Below are positions 38,566 to 51,944 of a DNA stretch of 64,000 bases, piece after piece. Source of the DNA: Amphiscolops sp. MND2022 (lineage: Eukaryota). The stretch lies in NCBI GenBank assembly GCA_964187785.1, contig OZ076416.1, forward strand, positions 10,974,001-11,038,000. The letters run 5' to 3'. The notes beneath the pieces were generated by a model. That model saw only the letters and a program-made list of their open reading frames with translations. It was not told the DNA's origin and made no database searches. The translations under genes were made by a program, and so were the position numbers. The stretch's first letter is position 1. Every line of letters starts with the position of its first letter.

Positions 38566-39299
38566 CCCCCCCAAAAAAAAAGAATAGCTGTGGCTCAGTT
38601 GGTGAAGGCGAACAGGGCGGAAAATATCCCGGTTCCTAGCGGGCGTCTTGTCTTTATGAATACAGTTGAGCAAGAATTTGAAACATTCAAGTATTTTAAG
38701 AATGCAATTGGTGCCTTATTCGGGAACTCAATACAAGTTTCCTACGGATGAAAAAACGTTCATTGAGTGAAATACTTCGGAGCAACCTTTGTAAGTTTAC
38801 TTCAATGCTTCCAAGTTGTTGTAGGTAGGATAATAAAATTTCGGCAAGCGTAATATTAAAAGCGTATTCACCAATGTACCGTTTTTTTAAAATCTTTCTG
38901 TGTTAAGGTCTATGATTTGTTTTAAAGTCGCCGCAGAGACTGGCAGATGCTCGCAAAACATTGCATTTTGGTTGAACAATCACTTCGACCCTTAATATCT
39001 TAATATCATTTGAACAGCAGAAACCTGCCGTACGCCGTTTTATAGAACTATAGTACGTCGGTTCAAACTCATTTGAGTATGATCTGAAATCACTGGAAAA
39101 AAATCTGAATTTCATAGAAAAATCTTGATCTTGTGCCCTGTCGCTTTCTTATTCCAGTGGTTTAAGTGATTGTAAAGACTCTTTGATTCCAATGATATCA
39201 AAGATGAGTATCAAAGATCATCGTAATTTGATATTTTATAAAGTTGTTATAACTCTTAATTCATATCGTTTTGCATTCACCATGCACTTGGGGAGATTT

Positions 39300-39700
39300 T
39301 TTTGCCATCTGTGCTTTCTTGGTAAGAGTTATCTTGCGAACATGTCAGACTTCATAAGATCCTTCCATGGCGACATGTGTACCAAGGCAAGATCATAGCC
39401 AAAAATGTTCCAGGAACTTACCAAGATATCGATATCCGTGGAGTGTTAACCGGGATTCTTTTTCATGGCGCATTGTTTGATCCATGGCATAACAGGCCAA
39501 AATGCAAAGTGTCACCATGATGGCAACGATAATCCGATTGAATCCTGTTCGATCGTTTCAAGTGATAATTCCCGGAATCTACTTCTTGAGACTTCCATGA
39601 GCAACCATGACATACTTGCTTTCCATACGTTTCCATGATTGGGATCATATCATTTCATGCGATTCCGTGCATGAAATTGTATGTAATTCCATGTGGGGTT
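39300..39700. repeat. CCATG/CATGA-rich degenerate array
   Basis: Frequent CATG-centred motifs. Confidence 0.45.
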
Positions 39701-41198
39701 TGATTCGGGTTTTAGCATTAGTTTTAGTTGTGGTTTTGAATTGTTCAAAAAATTTTGGTAATGGTTAATTTTGTTGGACATTTCAGACAATTTCACTACT
39801 AACTGACAATGCAACTGGCGAACTGTCCCTTGTTGTAATAAATGGCTGTAAGTAGTTAAATATTTTCTACGCTACTCACCAACACAAAACAAGTGTGGTA
39901 ATGTGTATGCAGTAAAACAATGATCGTGTTCTAGCTAGCAAAAAAAAACAGGAACAAAAACGAAGAAAAAAGGAATATGTTCTGTGTAATGTTCAAAAAT
40001 GTGGCATATATTCATAATTGTATAGTTGCGTATGTAATGAATGATATTCTGTCGAAACCAACGTGTAGTGGTGAATAAGAAACACTTTCTAAAGGAAACG
40101 CTAGAAACTAATCGTGCTTATTCGCCGAGACACAGTCGGTCTATAGACAAAATTGGCGCTAGCTTCTCAAACGTACAAAGTCAATTTTTATGAGACCTTC
40201 GGTTTTCAACCAAATTCGATAGCAATGAATTCACCAACACATATTAATTTGCGCTGCGGCAGCGCACATGTCACACTGTCTGATATAATGAATTGAATAA
40301 CTTATTTTATTACTTATAGCTGTCTAATAAAATTTGAAATAACGAATAAATTAAAAGTAAATGTAAAACTTCTCGAAAGTCAAAAATTGTAAGACTCCCA
40401 TTGTAAGAAGCTCCCCTCCCTTTTATTTTTATTGCTCATTGTGATCTAGAACAACTCTCGAATGTGAACTCGGTGGATTCGTTTTTCCGTACCTAGAATG
40501 CAAAAACAATGCAAGTTTTGAGACGATCAACTGAGTCATCTCTTGTTGAATCTGCCGGAAAGTTCTAAGCAGTTTTTTAAATGCCTAAATCGTACCATGC
40601 ACTTTGAAAAAACTTCAATGTTGCAGTTTACAGAATTTCCTAAAAACTAAGGAAGCAACAAAACAAACGAACTCCGAACGAACTTCACCGAGCAGCGTCG
40701 AACAGCATAACAAACTTGCCTCGCAACCTTTAAAGGTTTGTAAAAGATTCGAGGGTGGCAACTATTGATAATACTTAAGTAATTAATTGTTAAGAGAATT
40801 AAGTCAATGAAAGTCAAACGGCGCCTCAAGAATTACGAGTAATATTCAAAAAAATCTCAAAAAAAGTTCTTCCATTGCAAGATTAGAAAATGGTTTAGCT
40901 TTCTATGTAAACATTCGTCTCAGACCTAGTCACCGGGCCTGGAAATCAGCATTAACCTCCAAGTCAAATAGAACCTGATTTCAGGTGAATGATTTGGGCG
41001 AAGAAGAAAAAAATTGAAGTGAAAAAAAATTTAGGAATGTTATAGCGGAAACTAGAGAGGAGAAGAGTAATAAAATCGTTTTGGAGTGATCCTGCTAAAA
41101 CTAAGAAGTTTTGCATCTTATGTCTCGTTTCATGTTTTGTGTTTTGCCAATTTCATGGGCCAGGCAACTTCCTCAAAATACCACAAAAGCGTGCTGTT

Positions 41199-41570
41199 TT
41201 TACTGACGAAAAGAAACTAACCCCAAACAAGCTGGATATTCGGAGAAAAATCTTGAGAAAACCTCAGAAATTGAGAAACCCTCAGAAATTCAGAAACATA
41301 AGACAAGCTGGATGCGGAAAAGTGATTTTTTGGTGCATGCTTCTTCCTAATGAATGCTTTTTGTGAAAATTGTTTCAAGCAAGGTGAATTCCATGAAATG
41401 CCAGTCAATTTTATCTTTACTCGCTGTGCCCTCAATAAGGGATATCATGGATAATAATTTTATTCTCCAAAAATTGTAGTTTTCTCAAACAAAATCGTGG
41501 AATTGATGACCTCAATTGGCCCAGTAGAAGATCTGATTTAAACATCGTGGCGAATGCCTGGGAGATGTTA
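41199..41570 (+). pseudogene. Tc1/mariner transposase relic (copy 1)
   Basis: FTDEKK and WPSRRSDLNIVANAW (canonical FSDEKKF and WPxxSPDLNPIENLW). Confidence 0.8.
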
Positions 41571-42738
41571 AACTTTTTGTGTGAGAACTAACCCGATACA
41601 GTTTACTGGTTGATTTCTTGTTTGCGATCGTTTGCAACCATGTGGTTTTGTAGATGAATGCACGGAAGCTTTATGTATCTTGTAGTATCATGTATTCTGA
41701 GTTTGATATTAAATATCACATATCAGACATACAGTCGTTTTTCTTTGATCTTTATGAGAACCCATTTCAACGTATAATTGAACACACCTTGAAAATTTAT
41801 CAAGTTATACGCAATTTAATGCATGTAAAGGGAAGCTTATTTGTTTGAACATTTAAATCCTAATAGTTTCTGTTCGAGAAAGTTCAATAGAAACAACTTT
41901 GAAGTTCTGATCGGCTACGACAGGTCGTCCAAAGTTTTCGACTTGTAAGAAGCTCCCCTCCCTTTTATTTTATTGCTCATTATGATCTAGAACAGCTCTC
42001 GAATGTGAACTCGGTGGATTCGTTTTTCCGTACCCAGAATGCAAAAACAATGCAAGTTTTGAGACGACCAACTGAGTCATCTCTTGTTGAATCTGCCGGA
42101 AAGTTCTAAGCAGTTTTTTAAATGCCTAAATCGTACCAGCACTTTGAAAAAACTTCAATGCTGCAGTTTAGAGAATTTCCTAAAAACTAAGGAAGCAACA
42201 AAACAAACGAACTCCGAACGAACTTCACCGAGCAGCTTCGAACAGCATAACAAACTTGCCTCGCAACCTTTAAAGGTTTGTGAGAGTTTCGAGGGTGGAA
42301 ACTATTAATGATACTTATGTAAGTAATTGTTAAGAGAATTAAGTCAATGAAAGTCAAACGGCGACTCAAGAATTACGAGTAATATTCAAAAAGTTCTCGA
42401 AAAAAGTATTTCCATTGCAAGATTAGAAAATGGTTTAGCTTTTTATGTAAACATTGGTCTCAGACCTAGTCACCGGGCCTGGAAATCAGCATTCACCTCC
42501 AAGTCAAATAGAACCTGATTTCAAGTGAATGATTTGGGCGAAGAAGAAAAAAATTGAAGTGAAAAAAATTTAGGAATGTTATAGCGAAAACTAGAGAGAA
42601 GAAGAGTAATAAAATCGTTTTGGAGTGATCCTGCTAAAACTAAGAAGTTTTGCATCTTATGTCTCGTTTCATGTTTTGTGTCTTGCCAATTTCATGGGCC
42701 AGGCAACTTCCTCAAAATACCAGAAAAGCGTGCTGTTT

Positions 42739-43130
42739 TTACTGACGAAAAGAAACTAACCCCAAACAAGCTGGATATTCATAGAAAAATCTTGAGAAAA
42801 CCTCAGAAATTGAGAAAACCTCAGAAATTCAGAAACATAAGACAAGCTGGATCCGGTAAATTGACTTTTTGGTGCATGCTTCTTCCTAATGAATGCTTTT
42901 TGTGAAAATTGTTACAAGCAAGGTGAATTCCATGAAAAGCCAGTCAATTTTATCTTTATTCGCTGTGCCCTCAATAAGGGATATCATGGATAATGATTTT
43001 ATTCTCCAACAATTGTAGTTTTCACATTGCCCAGTCGACAATGGATTACTTCCAAAATCGTGGAATTGATGACCTCAATTGGCCCAGTAGAAGATCTGAT
43101 TTAAACATCGTGGCGAATGCCTGGAAGATG
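42739..43130 (+). pseudogene. Tc1/mariner transposase relic (copy 2)
   Basis: Same motifs as copy 1. Confidence 0.8.
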
Positions 43131-43559
43131 TTAAACTTTTTGTGTGAGAACTAACCCGATACAATTTACTGGTTGATTTCTTGTTTGCGATCGTTTGCAA
43201 TCATGTGGTTTTGTAGAGGAATGCACGGAAGCTTTATGTATCTTGTAGTATCATGTATTCTAAGTTTGATATTAGATATCTCATATCAGACATACAGTCG
43301 TTTTTCTTTGATCTTTATCAGAACCCTTTTCAACGTATAATTGAACACACCTTGAAAATTTATCAAGTTATACGCAATTTAATGCATGTAAAGGGAAACT
43401 TATTTGTTTGAACATTTAAATCTTAATAGTTTCTGTTCGAGAAAGTTCAAAAGAAACAACTTTGAAGTTCTGATCGGCGACGACAGGTCGTCCAAAGTTT
43501 TCGACTTACTTGGCTACGAACTCGCACTTTGCCACGGTCACGCGTGGTGTCCAGCCTCA

Positions 43560-44030
43560 CGATTGCACTGAAAAACCTCTAGCAGGTTGATCTTCATTTC
43601 CGCGTGTATATTAGTGCTGATGGCAATGTCGTCGACATCATGGACTCCTCTACCGTTCTAAATCGATCGAGATATTCTCGAATACAACACGAGAGAGAAG
43701 AGAGTGATCTACTGAGCGCTTGCGCTATTCGTATAGAGCGAAACGTCCTACTGGCGATGTTGAATGATAAGAATTTGTGTGAACAGTTGTTTTCAAAATA
43801 AGTCCTTGTGCCAGACAGGTGCTGTGGATCGTCAGACAGAATGCTCACAAAGTGGTTGTTGCCAGTGTAATCATCCGCGATGAACCTGTTGATCTTTCGA
43901 AGATCCTTTGGCAGTCTGAGACGTGCGTTCGGTTTTCGTTGGGCTTATATGGGGCTGACATTATTGCTGGATGGCAGTGTGGCAATGATGCCATGATAAT
44001 GCATTAAGGTCAATTCAACTGTAAGGTCTT
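43560..44030 (-). pseudogene. pol: Gypsy RT fragment
   Basis: LRKINRFIADDYTGNNHFVSILSDDPQHLSG and RIAQALSRSLS, matching the RT at 1829-2656. Confidence 0.8.
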
Positions 44031-44702
44031 GAGATCTGAGATTTAGTGTGCATTGCAGATTATTGGGTTAAGGCGATTGCTCATTCTTTGGAATCACCTT
44101 TGTCAGATATACTAATGAAACTTCAACTTTAATAAAGAACTGTCGAATCTTTAAATGAGGTGTCAACTGTCATACTATTGGTCAGAGAAAACAAATAAAT
44201 TTGAAACTATGAATGAAGTTGGTGTTATTTTTCAAGTAAAGCATAGAGGAACCTTGACTTATGTACTGAATTCTACTAAATTCTTGGATAGCGACAAATT
44301 TGAACTAGCTACTCATTCTTAGTTTTCAATCCTTACTCCTTTAAAAAAACGGCATAAATATTACTTCGATTACTAAAATCACTAACAATTTAGTCTACGG
44401 AATGGTTAACGACGACGCGTTGACTCAGATAATAGCTGCTTTGAGGGCTGCCTTGGACGTCTACTCAGCTAAAGCAAGCACAATCGCGCTGGCTACTGAT
44501 ACGTTAATAGCTTAACCAACAGAAGCTGGTACTGCTTGGTTGATACGCTAAGGCAACACTCCAGTCAACTCACTGATTATCTTCAGCCAACGCGCTGGCT
44601 TTTTGACTGCAAATTGAATGCCTCACTCAACACAATTGTTATGTTTACATAATTACGTTAAAAAACTGCCTAATGTAATAACTATAAACTGCTTAGATAA
44701 AT

Positions 44703-46162
44703 ATGTAAAAAAACTCTTGTTATTGTTGTTTGTTTGTTTGTTTTTTCCCAGATCCAATGTTTGAGATCTCTTGGTCTTTTTTCCGCGACATTCCCATGTC
44801 GTCTTCATCTTCGCACCTCTGTGAGAGTTGTCACCACAATATTTTATTTGTATTCAGGAACTTCTCAAGTTTGCTATCGTTTTCGTGAATAATTTTGACG
44901 CTTCAAGAGCGTTATCGCAGATTTCTTTGCTGTAATTGTACTTACTTCATTAAAGCTTATGGTCCTGGAGAATGTTTTGATATGTGAAAGTTTCGTTATC
45001 TTCGTCAAACCATCTTAAGGTGTCTTCTCAAAACTTCTCAATCCTCAGTTATACATTTCCCCGTTTTTCTCAGTCTGTTCCATAATTTTGTTTACCGGAG
45101 GAATGCAAAAATTTTCCAATGATTAATTTTTCCAATGATTCTTGTTTTTTATTCAACTTGACTAATCATTTCTGACGCAAAACAACGGGTATCAAGGTTG
45201 GCTTCCAAGCTTTTGGACATAATGTTGGTTTCAAAGTATATGGATTTAATTGATTGTCCACGATAAGGAGTACCGATTTCATTGTTGTTAATAATTTTTC
45301 TGAATTTGACAGCGGGATTTTTTAATAGTGTTTTCCTCGACCATTTTTTTCATAACTTCTATAACTTCACAAGCTGTTCACGCGGATTTTTCACTGATAT
45401 GAGTGGTGGACTCCCGGTGTACGAGAGTTCCAGTCAGAAACCATCCGACGTTTTTTGATGTTTTTTTAACGCTGGCTCTCCTTGATTTGTAGCAGAAACC
45501 CAGTGTTCTGGGAGCGTGGAAGATCTTCAAAATTCTCTATAAATTGTTGTTCTTGAGCATTTCCTCTCGAGGAAAACGCTATTTCGAGCTCAAGGTTGAC
45601 ATCTTTTGTCACTTTTGAACCCGCCGGACTGATGGAAGGTTTCTCAAAAAATGTTAAGAAAACTCACTAAACTTTTGATTTTTTCACCTGGAGGAAAGTT
45701 CGATTTTTTTCAGGTTATAATACGCTTTTCTGAGTTTTTGTATGGCTCCATTGGACAGTTTCTGTTGTAACAGTATTCGAACAATATTACAGTGCCATTG
45801 TGTCTCTTGATAGGCGATCAACTCTTTGCGTATTTATTCGGAGCGTGTCATGCCAGCAAGATGAAATAGAGTTCTAATATTACAAAGTTTGTTCATTCCA
45901 TTTCCATTACACTTAACTATGGGCAAAATGCGCCATATAATGAGATAATTGTGCACAACTCTACACTACTATTCTAATCCCCTACCCTGAGTTGTTTATG
46001 TGTATTATAATTAATGAGGCTCATGAACCAATACTGTGCAGGTATGTTTGTAAATTGGGCGAAAGCAGAAAACAGTGACGTTAAAGAGGAAAGCCAGGAA
46101 GCTAAGGATGAAAACTGTATGACCTAGTTGAGACTCGCAACGAACTGCCGTTGTCACAGCCC
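44703..46162 (+). repeat. ~1.46-kb direct repeat, copy A1
   Basis: Colinear with 48591-50049, from ATGTAAAAAAA to TGTCA[C/T]AGCCC. Confidence 0.95.
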
Positions 46163-48588
46163 CTTAATTTAAAGCATAACACAGCCTCGATACAACTTCA
46201 AAAATGAGCAAACTCCAGTTTATTCTGATGAGGACTGCCTATACTCGCCCATATCTCCTGATGTGGTTAATATCTCCAGTGGATCAGAGGAGTCATCCTC
46301 AATTGCCCCCGGAGATGTATCACAACTGGAAGAGAAATTTAAAGTCAACCCCACAGGAAGTAATTTAATGTCAGCATTCGTGGGTTCATCATTGGCTACG
46401 CTGTTTCCTGATTCACTTGTGCCAATAGAACGGAACTAAACTACAAGCATATCGGGGACTCAAATAGAAAGTGACCTGATGGACCTGATAAACGACTCCC
46501 AAGAAAATCCTTCTGACACGCCAGCTTCGTTCATCGATAGTGAGTTCGAGCAGGGAAATCTGTTCCCTTGGACCGAAGATAGGAATACAGTACGTAATAC
46601 TAATCATTATGGTCGCCCATGTGCAAGGGTCTTGCCTTCCGTGAGAGAAAATCGTGATCAAGAAGGGATTCTACCAACATCAATGGTTACCCAAGTGCCT
46701 AACCACGAGTTAGGCCCTACAAGTGCCCAAAACACATACATAAACAAACCAATGGATCAAGGGGTGCATAGTAATGTGGTTCCATCACTGGAACTAACAC
46801 CAGGAAATACTCAAGGATTTAATTTGTCACCAATGTTATTTCCTATCCCGATGAGTGGAATGACCCAAGAAACTCGTCAAGCCCCGCTTCTAATGCAATC
46901 ATCCTTGCAGTTGGGGTTCCCATTCAACATAGTGCATAGCCCGAATGTTTTGCTAATACCTGCACAGGAAAGGCAGAGCATTAAACTGCTACCAAATGTG
47001 GCATGCTACTGTGATTTCTGCGGGAAATGTTTCGGTCAGATAGCCGTTGAAACCCTCGGAGAAGACCTGGTCGCCACCGAATATGACGTTGAAACGGACA
47101 AAGACAGGGCCATCAGGTAAAATGCGGGACAAAAATGCGGTACAAACAATTATTCCTAAACTCTAAAGGACCCATTTTAGACAATGTTTTCTGACGAAGT
47201 CATGAAATTATTTGTTAATTTTGTCTCTTAAATCTACTCGTGGGTTCAATTGTAGTCTTTACGGTGCTTCTTTGCTTACATAAAACCCATTCAATAATGT
47301 AGCACGTGCTAAATTCTTACATAGGGATGACCAATCTACCAACTTACTAATCATCGTGCAACATCATACTGTGTCTTGAACATCTAATATGCTGAAAGGA
47401 ACATTTTTACAATGTACAATATACGTCATCAAGCGTAAAAAGGTATTCAGCATATGCGGCAGTATGCGTTTTTAGATATGTCGTTTATGCGGTGATATAC
47501 GTTTTTTATCATTGTCACTATGCATCATCATGCGTTTTGAATAGAGGTGAATATACGTTATCATGCAGTATAAGGTAAGGTGTATATGCGGTACTATGCG
47601 GGTTTTGACCAAAATGAAAATATTTAGGTGTCATGCAGTTAAGGATCAGTCAAATAGTGTTTGTGACGTCTAATATAATGTTTTGCAGTGCTTCCGAGGG
47701 TCCCTAAGCTATGTAGTCATACTCGTGTGATTACAGAAGAGCTATAAATAGGATGAAGTAAGAGTCACGTTATCCTATTTTTACAATTCCTAGGACCCAA
47801 TGATGTTCTAAAAAGTGCTTGTCATCCTTTTATTTTGTTGAAATAGAAAATGTGATAAAGACAGAGTTGAAAAATAACCTTCACGACGAGCAGTTGCTTT
47901 AGTTCTACAGAACCCTTTAAACATTTCTTGATTTGTTCTAACATCCTTGGACTTGCTTTGCAATTTGAATTCTGAATTCAAATTCAAACAAACCAGATCA
48001 GCTTTTGATTGAGAAAGATGGGAAATAAAAGAAATAGAAGATCTAAAAGGCTTGAAACCCCATCCCCTGAGAGAGAGGAAAACAGGACTTGAGATGAATC
48101 CCCAGGAAAATGTAATTTAACCTTAACTAATACTACTTTAAATGTTGAAAGCAATTTAGGTGAATTTAACTCAGGAAATCGCCTTGTAGACCCAAGCCAA
48201 ATTAGTAATGAAATACAAGCTTGGACTGAGATTTTCGAACAGCGAAATAACGATAGAATATTGAAATTGAGAGAAGAGATGGAAAACAAACTGAACGCAA
48301 TTCTGAAAGAGATAAAATCAAACAAAAGTGTATCTACTGCCACGAATCCTAGATCTGATACAAATGAAACTGGGAATACTCAACCTTCAGGGTCCAAAAA
48401 TAAAAGGTCTATGGGAGTTAGCGCGCCTACTTTCATAAACTCAGATTCGGAAGATGAAGATTATCCTCCTAAGGCTTCAGATTTGAGAGACCTACAACGT
48501 CCTACTAAACCATTCTTTTAAAACGAAACGGGCTTGGATGCTACAGTATTTTCAAATGAAGATTCTGAGCCGTAGGAGGATTATCACA
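46163..48588 (+). mobile_element. 5'-truncated long-LTR block (ORF X relative, TATGCG-rich array, gag-leader ORF), ending TTATCACA
   Basis: Same order of parts as 11257-13650. Confidence 0.6.
46200..47120 (+). pseudogene. ORF X homolog with one internal stop (46438-46440)
   Basis: VNISSGSEE...LEEKFKV...AFVGS...QIESDLMDL...YGRP...PNVACYCDFCGK. Confidence 0.65.
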
Positions 48589-48590
48589 AG

Positions 48591-50049
48591 ATGTAAAAAA
48601 AACTCTTGTTCTTGTTGTTTGTTTTTTTTTTTCAGATCCAATGTTTGAGATCTCTTGGTCTTTTTTCCGCAACATTCCCATGTCGTCTTCATCTTCGCAC
48701 CTCTGTGAGAGTTGTCACCACAATATTTTATTTGTATTCAGGAACTTCTCAAGTTTGCTTTTGTTTTCGTGAATAAATTTGGCGCTTCAAGAGCGTTATC
48801 AAAAAGTACTTTGCTGTAATTGTACTTACTTCATTAAAGCTTGTGGTGCTGGAGAATGTTTTGATATGTAAAAGTTTTGTTCTCTTCGGCAAACCATCTT
48901 AAGGTGTCTTCCCAAAACTTCTCAATCCTCAGTTATACATTTCCCCCCGTTTTTCTCAGTCTTTTCCCTGGTTTTGTTTACCGGAGAAATGCAAAAATGT
49001 TCCAATGATTAACTTTTCCAATGATTCTTGTTTTTTATTCAACTTGACTAAACATTTCTGACGCAAAACAACGGGTATCAAGGTTGGCTTCCAAGCTTTT
49101 GGACATAATGTTGGTTTCAAAGTATATGGATTTAATTGATTGTCCACGATAAGGAGTACCGATTTCATTGTTGTTAATAATTTTTCTGAATTTGACAGCG
49201 GGATTTTTTAATAGTGTTTTCCTCGACCATTTTTTTCATAACTTCTATAACTTCACAAGCTGTTCACGCGGATTTTTCACTGATATGAGTGGTGGACTCC
49301 CGGTGTACGAGAGTTCCAGTCAGAAACCATCCGACGTTTTTTGATGTTTTTTTGAACGCAGGCTCTCCTTGATTTTTAGCAGGAACCCAGTGTTCTGGGA
49401 GCGTGGAAGATCTTCAAAATTCTCTATAAATTGTTGTTCTTGAGCATTTCCTCTCGAGGAAAACGCTATTTCGAGCTCAAGGTTGACATCTTTGGTCACT
49501 TTTGAACCCGCCGGACTGATGGAAGGTTTCTCAAAAAATGTTAAGAAAACTCACTAAACTTTTGATTTTTTCACCTGGAGGAAAGTTCGATTTTTTTCAG
49601 GTTATAATACGCTTTTCTGAGTTTTTGTATGGCTCCATTGGACAGTTTCTGTTGTAACAGTATTCGAACAATATTACAGTGCCATTGTGTCTCTTGATAG
49701 GCGATCAACTCTTTGCGTATTTATTCGGAGCGTGTCATGCCAGTAAGATAAAATAGAGTTCTAATATTACAAAGTTTGTTCATTCTATTTCCATTACACT
49801 TAACTATGGGCAAAATGCGCCATAAAATGAGATAATTGTGCACAACTCTACACTACTATTCTAATCCCCTACCCTGAGTTGTTTATGTGTATTATAATTA
49901 ATGAGCCTCATGAACCAATACTGTGCAGGTAAGTTTGTAAATTGGGCGAAAGCAGAAAATAGTGACGTTAAAGAGGAAAGCCAGGAAGCTAAGGATGAAA
50001 ACTGTATGACCTAGTTGAGACTCGCAACGAACTGTCGTTGTCATAGCCC
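48591..50049 (+). repeat. ~1.46-kb direct repeat, copy A2
   Basis: See copy A1. Confidence 0.95.
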
Positions 50050-50710
50050 GCTCCCGGTCTGGCGTCTGGTTGTCGACGACTGAGGATAGGAAGAGGGTAC
50101 GGATGTAACCTCAGCTTTCCAAGGTCGGTCTTACTTTAACTGGTAAACTTAAAATTAACTTAAAATAAACTGTGACTAAGAATGAAAAGATACGTCTACC
50201 CAAAACAAATTTCAAACGGAAGTGAAATCAAAGAAATATTTCAGCCAAAATGATTTCATACATTTCCGGCAATACGTTTTTATCACGTCAGATTGAGACA
50301 TTCGCCACCTGAAAACTGAACTAAAACAAATCTTGGAGAGAAATCATAAACTAATCTAAATAGAAATATAAGCACAAAATTACCTCTAAAAAGAGAGAAC
50401 ATCCAGATCTAAAATGAAAAACACTTTGAAATATTTGTTAAGGAATTACGCATCGCCAAAGTAAGGCTAGTTAATTGCTTTTTAACAGCTATTAAAAGGG
50501 TTTAGAACAACGATATTTCGCTAAAACAAACAAAGCCTGTCACGACTGTACTATACACGTAACGTCTTAACGACGTAAATGAATTTAAAAGGTCCGTCTG
50601 CTGACGTCACTGTGACGTACGCGCCGGTAAGAAAATCATTCCAATTATTCGCCGGTATTAGGCCAACACAAAAGAAATCATTCCAATTACCCGCCATGGC
50701 TACGTCACTA
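50039..50710 (-). mobile_element. Possible solo LTR (~670 bp)
   Basis: Minus strand reads TAGTGACGTAG...ACCGGGAGCGGGCTATGACA, resembling the termini of 13877-14555. No TSD. Confidence 0.4.
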
Positions 50711-51661
50711 ACTTAGGCAGTCTAGGCCTGACTAAAGATTTTACGTCCACGCTACGTCCGCTACTATAGTAGGCCTAGTGCAAAATAGAATTATAGAAAT
50801 ATTTCTTATTATGTCCACGTTACGTCCGAAATCCATCGAAAGAACTGTTCTAATCCACTTGTGATGCCAAATTACGAGATGACCGTAGTAGTTTAAATTT
50901 AGGATTGTACTCTTAACATTCATGACCTGAAAAAGAAATTATTAACACTTAGACAATCGACGTTAACATTTCCGTCGTAATGGCATCACTAGTCTAAAAG
51001 ATTGAACTCGATGCAAACTTATTCAGAATTTCCATAAAGTGAAAGTCACAGTTTATATCCTTATGCCAAACAGACTAATGTATTTTGCTATGCAGAATAT
51101 TTTTATACATCAACATGAACCTACTGTCTGTTATTATTTCGTACCTTGTTATGTTCAATTTGTAAACCTGTCGTGCTTGCCACGTCAAACTAGTACTGTT
51201 GCTAAATTTGTAAACTTGGCGCAATTGTCACGACAAGCCAAGATTAGTGCTGTTTTATTTCTACCTGTTAAGAGTTCATAAATGTTAATTTTATATCAAT
51301 CCTTTCGAATACCTTTCCTAGCATCGTTCAAGTAATCCTAGTTTAGAATTAGTCATAGCAATTTGATCAAGATGAAATTCAAAATCAGGTATTAGTTGTT
51401 CACGTCAGCGTCATCTCAGCGTCAATTTCCCGCGAACCAAAGCAGCAAAACAGGGAATCATTTCCGGCTTGACAGACTGAAGTAATATCTACTTCCTGCT
51501 GGGGAGGAAGCAAAAGGACGCCGGGATGAAATATTATATTCGTGAAGGATGACTAATAGAGGAAAACTATTGTCGTTTCTCAAAATTCGACGAAATGTCG
51601 ACGTAAATTTGGGACCTTGATGATTTTTTCACTGAAAAGACAGGAAATGACTAAATGTTCG

Positions 51662-51861
51662 NNNNNNNNNNNNNNNNNNNNNNNNNNNNNNNNNNNNNNN
51701 NNNNNNNNNNNNNNNNNNNNNNNNNNNNNNNNNNNNNNNNNNNNNNNNNNNNNNNNNNNNNNNNNNNNNNNNNNNNNNNNNNNNNNNNNNNNNNNNNNNN
51801 NNNNNNNNNNNNNNNNNNNNNNNNNNNNNNNNNNNNNNNNNNNNNNNNNNNNNNNNNNNNN
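51662..51861. other. Assembly gap, 200 N
   Basis: Run of exactly 200 N; a round size like this usually marks a scaffolding join of unknown length. Confidence 1.
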
Positions 51862-51944
51862 CGGATGGTTGTGGGCTGTTGCGAGTAAAGTGGATCACTT
51901 TTTTCTGCTGTTGTTGCTTTGGATCTGGAATTATTTTAAGTTTG

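Larger units (their letters stand above)
40401..43505 (+). repeat. Tandem duplication: 40401-41942 (1542 bp) and 41943-43505 (1563 bp)
   Basis: Both units start TTGTAAGAAGCTCCCCTCCC and end GTCCAAAGTTTTCGAC, and are colinear throughout with scattered substitutions. Confidence 0.95.

Noticed and set aside
38585-38645. tRNA gene
   Set aside because: An A-box-like motif only; no cloverleaf or good B-box.
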